Source: Oikopleura dioica (lineage: Eukaryota > Animalia > Chordata). Taken from it: 64,000 nucleotides of DNA. The notes beneath the pieces are model-generated. The model made no database searches, was not told the DNA's origin, and saw nothing but the letters and a program-made list of their open reading frames with translations. Position numbers and translations under genes: made by a program. How positions within the stretch are numbered: the first letter of the stretch is position 1; the number at the start of each line of letters is the position of its first letter. The stretch spans positions 3,410,001 through 3,474,000 of the forward strand of contig OU015569.1 of assembly GCA_907165135.1 (NCBI GenBank). The letters are read 5' to 3'. Below are positions 53,490-64,000 of the stretch, piece after piece.

Positions 53490-53651
53490 AAACAAACAAG
53501 GAAATTCCCTGCCATAAAATATTAAAAATAATTGAAATCATAGACGATTTATTCTTTTATTTATTGCAGGTTTAACAGGAGAGTTATTTTTCATATTCTT
53601 GCTGCGTCTTTGTTCTTGAGTACTATTTCAGAATCAATCAGAGTATATAAT

Positions 53652-54065
53652 TCATAGACCTCTCATTAGCTCTTTCTCTGCCGTCCAGAAGGGGTTCAAG
53701 GGAGTCCTGCGTCGACGGGCTTTCACGATTCTCCTCCCATATTTGTTGCTTTCCCTCGCAGGAACAACGTGATCATCCGTTGTTTCCATGATCTCGACAG
53801 TTTGAAAGTTGTCCTCGTCGACGCGCTTACTCTCTGCGACAAGATCATCCCATTGACATTTGGTGATTTTGGTTTTGACGGAGAACATGTTGTCGTTCAT
53901 GAACTGTGCAAAAGAGGTCTCATCAAAAAATTGCCTTCGTCCTCGAGGGTCTTCGACCTTGATCTGAGCGGGAAAGTCGCGAACCTGAACTCGCTCAATT
54001 TTTGCAAACAGATTTTCAGCCAGTTTGATGTAATACTGGTTAGATTCAATCTGTTCAATTGGCAT
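53652..54065 (-). CDS. Intronless 137-aa protein of unknown function
   Basis: ATG in AAAATG context, clean ORF, AATAAA at about 53550-53565. Confidence 0.55.
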   Translation of the reverse strand: MPIEQIESNQYYIKLAENLFAKIERVQVRDFPAQIKVEDPRGRRQFFDETSFAQFMNDNMFSVKTKITKCQWDDLVAESKRVDEDNFQTVEIMETTDDHVVPARESNKYGRRIVKARRRRTPLNPFWTAEKELMRGL

Positions 54066-54477
54066 TTTACGTTATTTTTTGTCTGATATGATAGCTCATC
54101 GGAAATCTGGTTATATGTGTGGAAATGGTGGTGCTCGAGAGAGGAATGATTAGTTTTTTCGGCATGGCAAAGCGGGGGTTCGCTTCTTAGATATTTATCA
54201 TTTGATCTTTATCAGTATTATCCACAGCCGGTAAGTAAGAGAAAGGAACAGTCTCGGAAGCTTCAAATGGAAATAGACCCGTTTGCTTAAAATGGGCTGA
54301 TCCTTCTTAGCTACCGTATTTTTTATTTATAAATATGGAAATGATGCCATACACTGTATTATCTGAATGAAATATTAGACATGCACCCCTCCGACTGGAC
54401 ATATTAATGCACTATCACAAGTGATGGAGTGCATAAATAGAAAGGAACCTCTAAAGGTTACCGTCTTATTTCACAAT

Positions 54478-54664
54478 GATCATTTTGTTGTATTTATTTA
54501 GTTTTTCTCAGGGAAATCCATTTAGCACAGGCAAGATGTTTCAGAGCATGACTGGAAATGATTTGGAGAAATTGGGACTGTACGATTCCCACTGGACGGC
54601 TAAAAAGCGACTTTTTCCTGCCATGCCACCAGCAAAATCGGGCAAAGGATGGGGAGCTGTTTAA
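54478..54664 (+). CDS. Possible small secreted peptide precursor
   Basis: Hydrophobic N-terminus, KKR site, upstream CATAAATA and downstream AATAAA. Confidence 0.35.
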
Positions 54665-55018
54665 CAATATTCCGTAGAATAACAGTTCAAAATTTGAACT
54701 TCAAATCGTAACTGATCCACTCGGTAATAAAGGATCCCATATAAGCAAGAGATCTTTTGAAGACATTTGATTTTGTCGATCGATTCGGCTAACAACTTTA
54801 CTGTCAAAAATTTTTATGTGTAATAAATCGTTATTGGATTAGAGCTTCACAATTCAGGATTGTCAATTCTATTTGTCATTTTATTCGGATCACGTGGTGT
54901 GTATAAGAGCGATTTGAAGTCGATAAATAGATTTAATAACATGTGAGGGTCTCTGCAGTGAATATATTGAAGTTATCTGTCAAAGAAGTGCAGCTATCTG
55001 TTGTCGAGAATTGTGTGG

Positions 55019-56390
55019 CTAATACGGTGGAACTGATCCTGTGTAAAATATTTGGTGGTGCGCAGGTAAGTGAAAATATGGCTGACTCGTTACGGTACTG
55101 GGCAACTGGACGCCGTGAGCACCGGCAACGCTCCCACTATAAGTCGCGTAAGTCGGAAAGCCGCTTGAGCCGCTAAAAACAAGATTGAAATCAAGGAAGA
55201 AGTAGCGAGCTCACCCAAGAAGGATGTTCGAGTAGGCACTTTGAATTGGTGTTATGTTAGGCGTCAATTGCAAGGAGGCCATTTCAGTTTGAGCTGACTC
55301 CAAAAACTTCGAAGTCAGAGTCTCATTACGAATCACAGGCGTGAACGCAGATGACGAACTGTTAGGCGTAACCCGAGATGTTGGAGTCGGCGAAGGCGAT
55401 GGCGTGTAAAAAATCGAGGCTGAAGTGGACGGCGAATTTCCCAGGGACGCGGGGGGCATTCTGGCTTGCCGCTTCGCGACAGCTTGTCTAAGTAAAAAAT
55501 ATGAAAGCCTTTGATTTATCATTAGCTGAATTTACCTCAATCTATCCTTGACCTGCATTTCTCGCTGGAGTATCTCGATCCCCGGGTCTACTTTTCCAAG
55601 GACATGTTCTATTTTATTCTCAAGCCGGCGCGCAACTTGTTCTTCGAATTCCTGTTTTGTCATTTTCTTGATATTGCTTGCTTTTTGGGGCGATTCTGGC
55701 GTCATTTGAACGATCATCGGGGAGGGATTGAAGGAACCTCCAGCAATGGGTCCCATCGGCGAGTATGGCAGCGAAGTGAGCGGGATATGTGTTGAGTAGC
55801 CACTGGACGGATAGGACACCCCCGAACCTGGATATAGGTGCTTTTCTGGGTTGCAAAATATGATCTTATTACTATTCTGCTTTATTATCGAACAAAGAGG
55901 TCATTAGAAAATTCTTTACGCATGGCCACAGGATGAGATAAGAATTCTTACGCGAAGCGTAACGAGTTTCAACTGCTTTTGCAAAGCAGTAATTGCGTGG
56001 AGAACAATTCACAGCCTTTCAAGTCGTGTCTCGTTCAAATTCCCACGGTGGCGGCGGCGCCTCAGCTGGAACAAGCGAGTCTATGATAAACGCAGGCAGA
56101 CTGTGCTCATCTGTTTAGTAGTATCTAGACAACCCGTAACCTGAAGGGAAGGATGTATATGAGGGGGGATCCCCTGACCGACCGGGGTCATCTGCGCGTA
56201 GCTCAAACTCGCTACTTGATTCAAGCGGCGAACTTCTTCGTCTACTCTCCTTAAATTTCGTTTGTTCAACTTTTCTAAGGTTGAAGTCTTGCCTCATGCA
56301 GTGCCTTTGTGTGCCATTGTAGAGTCGTTGGTTGTAAATCTGTTGGGTGGCGATCTCGGCGGCTTTTCGTTTAGGTCGTTGCTTTGGCAT
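55019..56390 (-). CDS. Ser/Pro-rich protein of unknown function
   Basis: Spliceable exons: MPKQRPKRK..., MTKQEFEEQVARRLENKIEHVL..., last exon ends GSVPPY*. Confidence 0.5.
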
Positions 56391-59028
56391 ATTCTCCCAC
56401 TTTTTGCGGATCACTCTCTCTCAACTATTCTTCTTCGATGCAATGTTTTTCTTTCATCGACGCACGTTATATTCTTTCAGGTTCTTAAAATATGTTAACG
56501 ACTTTTATCGATAACTCGCGAAAATCAAATTAAGATTATGCAGATCAGTTCCGTTTGTACTCTACCTTTATGTTCTTCTATTCTCGAAGTTAACGATATG
56601 AAATTTATTGTCTCTGAGAAAATACGAGTAAAAGGGCGAAAAAAAGTTTCTTCGAGCTTTTGCGAAAAAAAAAACGGGAAAAACAACAAACTGGACCGGG
56701 GCCGGGTCGCCGCCGCCGTCCGAGGAGTCCGAGTCGCCGCGGTGATTTAACATAATTGGGATCTGGCTGGAATCGATAAACTTTCAAAAATAATCATATC
56801 CGCGGGGCACTAATTCCGGGACAATACAGCCACCTCAAACATTCCATCCGTCAAACACAAACAAAGCTCCTTCACACGGGTCTTGACGCAATGGCGAGAA
56901 AACATCCAAGGAAAACCGTGAACAGTTTGCTAATTTTTAGGATCTTTTATCATTTTAGAATCTAAAATTTAGATCCAAGTCCTCTTTTTCAATTCACTGT
57001 CAAACTCATTGAGTCAGCAAAGGACTTACCTTTCTTCGTATCGAAGGAGTGCCGTCTCCACCGGATCTCTTTGGGGCGCCACTTCTGAAAAGAAATCTTT
57101 TGCTTTTGAAATTTCTAAAAAAAAAGAAGAAAAAAGCGTCGAGCAGGGCAAGAACGGAAAGACGCAGCGCCAAAAATAATCCAACTGGCTAGTGTTCGCC
57201 CCCTTGTTGGGGATGCGGCCACTTGTGAACAGTCCACAATTAAAATTGGTATTTCTCTCTTTCTCTTTCTCGACAAAAAGTAACGGCAAATGGCTATCTG
57301 ATGCAATCGAATCGGACTCACTTTGGCTCGCCCAGTTTGACTTTACTCGAAAAGAGTCAGGCTTTTCGGTTCAACTCAGAACCTCTCGTCTTTGATTTGC
57401 TATTGAAAGAAACTTGTCAAGAAGAAGAATAACCCTGCTTTTAGTCCTATATTTTTTACAGTGAATACCTCTCATGCTAACTCCTAACACAAGAATTCGC
57501 AATATTGATTTTATATTGTTCTATTTCAGCTAATTCTGTGACAAAGAGTGATCATCACTAATTTGATTTCGAGTGTGGTGTTAGTTGCTATATTTGCATC
57601 ATCGATTTGCATTGTCTTTTAATAGCTGCGGATGGAACGTTTGGTTGAAAGTGCGGTGCTTCGCGGAAAGTTACGTGGTGTGGTGGCGCTGCCGTGCTCC
57701 TATTGAGTAACAACAGTCCGGAGCAGCGACCGTATCTCTCCAGCGGTGCCTTATCGCTTCTTCGCACCTCAATTTCCGTTATGATAAAAACGAGTTCATG
57801 TGATCTCGCAGATCGCCGTCTATAGACGCGACAGGATCCTTGACTACAAATTTCACTCGCTTAACAATTTTCAGTTTTCTAAGTTTTCGTCGCGCCTCAA
57901 ACTTGCTACGGTTCAATTCAAGTGCTCATGGACCAAGCAAATCAGTAAAGGCAGATTCAATTGAATTGGTCATGAATGAGCTGTGAGTGACAGACAGTGT
58001 GTTTGCAAGTAGAGGCGCATAAATGCATTCGATTCAACCAGAGGTTTGAAGAGTTGAATTGCACATCAATAGTCCGTGATCTGTGATCTTCGATGTGGCA
58101 TTGAGAAACTTGATAGAATCGTTGGATTATACTAGAATGTAAGTTCTCTTGGTGCCCGCGCATCTCAGGTTTACGTAGTTTTCTGAGAAGGATGGATCCC
58201 CGCGGCTAAGGCGCCCACGCCACCGTCCGTTCCATCCGTGGCTAGCACCACCGCTCGATTCTTATAATTCAGGCGACATAAAAAATACTTCATTTATTTT
58301 CTTTTAGGGTCGATTAAGACTCCTTCTTTAGATTCAAGAGAGAACCAATAAACCTCACCAGCAGTAAAAAAAACAGAAAAGAACTCAAGATGAGGAGCTC
58401 GACTAAGCTGCTCTTGGGCAGCATGATACAAGGTTAGCATTCTTTTATCTTTATTTATATTTAAAAATTTATGACTAAAAAAAGAAACAATCATATAATT
58501 TCTTAAAATCTCAATCCACTCGGTGTAAAATTTACATTGTAAACCTGTGGAAAAAATTTCAGATATTTCTAAATCTAAATCTAGTGCCAGGAATTTTTTT
58601 CTTTTAGTTAAATAATTTTTGATAACTTATCAAAAGAAAAAATAATGTAAATAATGAGTAAGATTATTGGACCTAATTAATTTAATACGTTAATAAAAAG
58701 GCTGATTTTTAATATCTTAATTGAATATTAAAATTTCTGCACAAAATTCTCGAATCTGATAATTAACTGCGCTTTCTTATGACTGAACTTTTGAAGCTTA
58801 CGCTAATAAAAATAAAAAACTACGTCAGGAAAAGTTTTAATATAAGAGAGACACTCAAAACATTCATTCGATCCGTTTAATCTTTGCCTAAATTATTTTT
58901 CGCGGAAGTGGAGTTGCGCTCCGTTTTCAAAGAGGCCACGTCTCGCCCTAATCATACATAAGTGGAGCTCAATTCGTTCAATGGCAAATTATCTTTTACT
59001 TAATCATCGTTCCAAATTTTCATTATAG

Positions 59029-62000
59029 GGTCAGTACACAGTCTCGTTACGCAAGAGATGTGTATGATGGATCACGAAGATCGATTGGAATGTTCGCTGA
59101 ACCCGGAAATTACGAGGAACGAATGTCTCCAACTCGATTGCTGCTTTGACTCGCACGTTCCTGCTGGGACACCACACTGCTACTTCGCCATGATGGAAGA
59201 GGACGAAGACGTAACTGATGAAGCTGAGTTGCTGGCCATTCCTCTCGCACAGGCTAGCGGTAGTTACAGGCCTCCTCAAGAAGAAGAGGAAGAAGAAGCC
59301 GAGCAGCTGGTTGAGAAAGCCGTGTTTCTAGGAGAGCAAGAGCTTACATGCGATATCAATGTGAAAGAAGCAACCAGATGTGGCCGTCGTGGAGTCCCAA
59401 AAACTCAATGTGAACGAATCGGTTGTTGCTGGAATCTCGCTTGGGTCCCCGGTGGCTCAGAAGGACCACGATGTTTCAAAAAAGAGGTAGCCGACGCTGA
59501 ACATTCTTACAACAATGGAAAGCGAGAAGAAGCCTTTGAGGATCTTCCTGCACATTTGCGTGTTCCTCTTGAACCTGAAGAACAAACTCCATCTTCTGTA
59601 GCTGATTTCCTCGTTCAAAATCTTGCTGCTAAGAAAGCGCATTTAGCGGAACACTCATGCGTTCCAAACCATTCACAACTCATGTGCTTACAGGGCGTCG
59701 AAGAACGAGAAAAATGTGACATCAAGGAAGCTCTGGATCTCGGTATACCCGCTTGCAATGCTTGCATAGACCAAGGATGTTGCTTCGATCCTGAACCAAA
59801 AATTATGAACGGGCAGATCTACCCGCTGTGTTTTAGACGAGGCCCGATCGATGAGGACCTTGCAGCTGATTTTGACATCGGGCTTACGACAGAAATTCCG
59901 CCCATCGACGATAATGAGTTTTTCGATTTGATCAATATGCTCGAAAATGCGCGAGGCGGTGAGGACTCGGAAGATACTCCTGTTGAAGCTGAACCGGTTG
60001 AGGAGACGCCGGAAGAAAGAGAACGACGACTTCGTTTCGAACGATGGCAAGAAATCCAAGGAAAACTCGGCATGGTTGATGATGTCCGAGGAGAGATCGG
60101 TATGGGCGAACTTAACAATCCTTCCAGCTTGATTCAATTTACCGGTCACCCGAATCTTCCCGGCGCAGGAAACGACTTCCGTCAGCAACAGAAAAGTGTT
60201 GACCAGATAGTCAACGAACTTGAGAAGCAACGAGAAGTCGATCTCCGAGATATGCTTCCCCAGAGTTGCAGCGTTTTGTCGGCGACGATGGAAAACTCAT
60301 CTCAACAGGAACCGTTGCAGAGGGATGGCAGACACCAGATAGACAGTCGGCAGCGCTAAATTTGAAAGATCTTATCAACGAGATCGGCGAGGACCAGAAA
60401 ACATCTCCTGCGACACGCCCAACTACAACAACGACGACCACAACAACTACTCGTGTGATGCCGACACGGCCAGTTATCTCAAACAATCCAGTTGAAGCTT
60501 ACAAAATGCAGCTTGTCAATCAATACGTTCAATCGAAGAAATCCCAACTTATCAGAGAAGGATACAGAGGCGACCAGTTGAACGCCGAGTTGGCAAAATG
60601 GCAGTCAACTTACGAAGCGAGATTCGGCGTTGCGAAGCCCACAAATATGCCACTTGTCCCAAGTTCAATTGCAGTAACCACCACGACCAGTACAACGACA
60701 ACAACTACAACGCAGTCGCCAATTAATCAACAGAAACAGTTGCTTGAGACCAAATTGGAGCAGATGCGAGCCTTTTTGATTTCACAGGGTAAATATTCGT
60801 TTTTTTTTTCGAGGAAATTTTCTTTTTCATCTGCTGAATTTGTGGGATTACATTCATATTTAGGATACAACGGCGAAGCTTTAGACTTAGAAATGAGTCG
60901 CCAGAGAAATCTTTTCTCGAAAGCTCTTGGCATCACTCCTGACACCACTATGTCTACAACAACCACCACGACGAAAGCGCCAACTCCACCACCTGGAATG
61001 GAGCTCCCTACTCAGAGCGACGGTATTTACCAAAATATTCTTTGCGTCGAACTAAAAACTATCCTTTGAAACAAATTTATAAACATATTTTACAGATAAG
61101 TGCTGGCCCGAAGAATGCGGAAATCCAGTAGAATTGAATGCTAACCTAAAGAAGATTGTCGGTGGTGTCGACGCTGGATCTATTAAATACTGGCCATGGC
61201 AAGCGTCTCTCAGACGATCATACACTGACGAGCCATCCTTCTTGCATCACTGTGGAGCCACACTCATTCAGAAACAGTGGATCCTTACTGCCGCTCATTG
61301 TTTCATTCGATACAAGCGAAAACGCGAGATCGGTAAGCTCATTTTTCATGTCTATTCGACAGAATAGAGTCTATGTCAAAAGTAACAAATAAACGCAATT
61401 TATTAAGACACCCGAATGATGGAACCAGACAGCTCTCGATTTTTGGTTCACCTTGGTCGATATGACAAGAATTCATTCGAGATGAACATGCAGCCTCGAG
61501 CTCTTTCTTATTTCGTCGCTCATCCGGGTTTCCAGCCATGGGTAGGAAACCAACAACACGATATTGCGCTCGCGCGACTTCACAAACCAGTAGAGGTAAA
61601 TATTTTTCTCTTGAACGCAGCAACTAAAGTTTTTTAGATTACTAGCTACGTAAAACCAGCTTGTCTTCCAAAGTTCGTTCCTCCTGTTGATGGAAAACTC
61701 TACATTACCGGCTGGGGCAGCACTAAATCTGTCGGTCCTTCTTCTCAGCGACTCAAGGAAATTGTCCTTCCTTTGGCTTCTCAAGAAACTTGCCGAGACG
61801 AATGGAGAGGCTATTTCAATGATGGTTGGATCTGTACCGACCCTGGTTTGAACGAAGACGCTTGTCAGGGTGACTCTGGTGGGCCCGCTGTTTACTTCGA
61901 TCAGTTCTCCAAGTCTTTCGCTGTTGTCGGTGTCACTATCGCTGGCTCTGACACGTGCTCGACGTCATCAGCCACTGTTAAGGCTGGAGTATACAGTAAC

Positions 62001-62054
62001 GTTGTCCATTACAGAAAGTTCATCGACGAAGTGACTCAATTCGGCTGTCGGTAG
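59029..62054 (+). CDS. Trefoil (P-domain) x3 + Thr-rich linker + trypsin-like serine protease (5' exons unresolved)
   Basis: Three C..R..C..C...CC[FW]...C[FY] modules, poly-Thr tracts, KIVGG, TAAHC, DIAL, GDSGGP. One 1-nt frameshift at about 60260. Confidence 0.85.
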
Positions 62055-62446
62055 ATGGCCTGATCCTCTTATCTATTAACAAAACAGCGCCATCTACCTC
62101 AAGCTGAGTGACCCTTGATAACTGTACAAATATTCTGAATGCAAAATTATTGCCCAACGGAGCCACTTCTTTACTAACTTCATCCAACGCAGCAAACATG
62201 ATTGTTTCTCATTCCGTTCATAGCTGCAAAAATGAAAGCAATAAAATCTTAAAAAATGAAATTTGAGTCATATTAAAAATAAGGGAAATGTCTTAAAAAT
62301 ATTCCGGAAATTTTGATCAAACAAGTTGTTTTGAAATAATTGTTCCTGACAATAACCGGTCCAGCGTTGTCCAGCTGGCAAAACATTTTATGGGCTCTAG
62401 ACTATTTAACAAAATGTTGCTGATTGTCTGAGACCATATCGAGAGA

Positions 62447-63358
<912 letters not shown>

Positions 63359-63445
63359 ATCTTTTTTTTGGCATCAGACTGAAAGGATACTTAACAATTG
63401 ACCTTTTGTGAAAATATTGTGAACACAAAAATAGCAGTTTCATAG

Positions 63446-64000
63446 ACGACAATGAGATGGTGAACACTGACACTGGCATTGCAGAATGTGCTTGTGGTTT
63501 GAGCCGTGCTGACAGGCACTGACAATTTAAAAGAAGAAAAAATTGATTAAAAATTTAAGAATCACCAATAGCCAGAAAGCGAAAACAGACACGTGGCCAT
63601 GGTTTGTACTAATTGCAAAATCAGACGAGGCTGGGAATTACCGTCAAGTTTGTGGAGGAACGCTAGTCGGAACGAACTTCATCATCTCTGCTGCGCATTG
63701 TTTCGTCTTTGAAGGTATTCTCGAAAAATAGGTCTCGATAAAATTCGCGGCCTAGAGAATGTTTCCGGTTACAACTTCATCCCTACGCAGCGATATCGGT
63801 TCTACTTAAATTTCTATTCGAAGAGGGATTTGAGTAATGCTAGGCTTGCAACGGCAGAGTGGATCAAATGCCACCCCCGTTTTTCACAGCAAAAACGAGG
63901 AATCTACAATGACATTTGCTTGATTAAGCTCAAGAAGTCGCTCCCCTGCGATAGCAAAACGAGGCCTGCTTGCCTTCCGACCAAAACTCCATCTGAAAAA
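63446..64000 (+). CDS. Further serine protease domain, truncated by window end
   Basis: CACG..R-ITN, WPW, CGGTL, SAAHC, NDICLIKL, RPACLP. Confidence 0.8.

Noticed and set aside
58080-58135. CG..DRIVG protease-like word
   Set aside because: Followed at once by a stop with no protease domain; likely chance.

Overview
Gene-dense eukaryotic DNA (about 40% GC) with 40-60 nt introns, GA-AG/GC-AG introns and co-oriented genes 25-160 bp apart. These traits fit the larvacean tunicate Oikopleura (O. dioica-like); the organism is an inference. About 30 protein genes are present: a class A GPCR, a mini-syndecan, a BED/hAT-derived gene, NASP, HS2ST/UST, TRMT11, AKR7 with a nested EF-hand gene, ZDHHC, CCDC112, a minus-strand run (RNF113A, HBS1L, FKBP12, mucolipin, COG3, a SAP protein, POLR3C, ACTR10, GABARAP), FHIP1, SLC25, NPRL3 and three trypsin-like proteases. 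There are four MITEs plus one intronised TIR insertion. The main finding is four short, two-exon, apparently non-coding minus-strand units at about 4.3, 6.1, 47.2 and 49.8 kb, two of them antisense inside FHIP1 introns. All four share a TCTAGA promoter element, a GTCCG motif at exactly -23..-19 from the splice donor, and an identical 19-nt 3' end CCTGAATAAAATCAATTTC. Exon boundaries were read by eye. A few 1-nt homopolymer frameshifts look like assembly errors.
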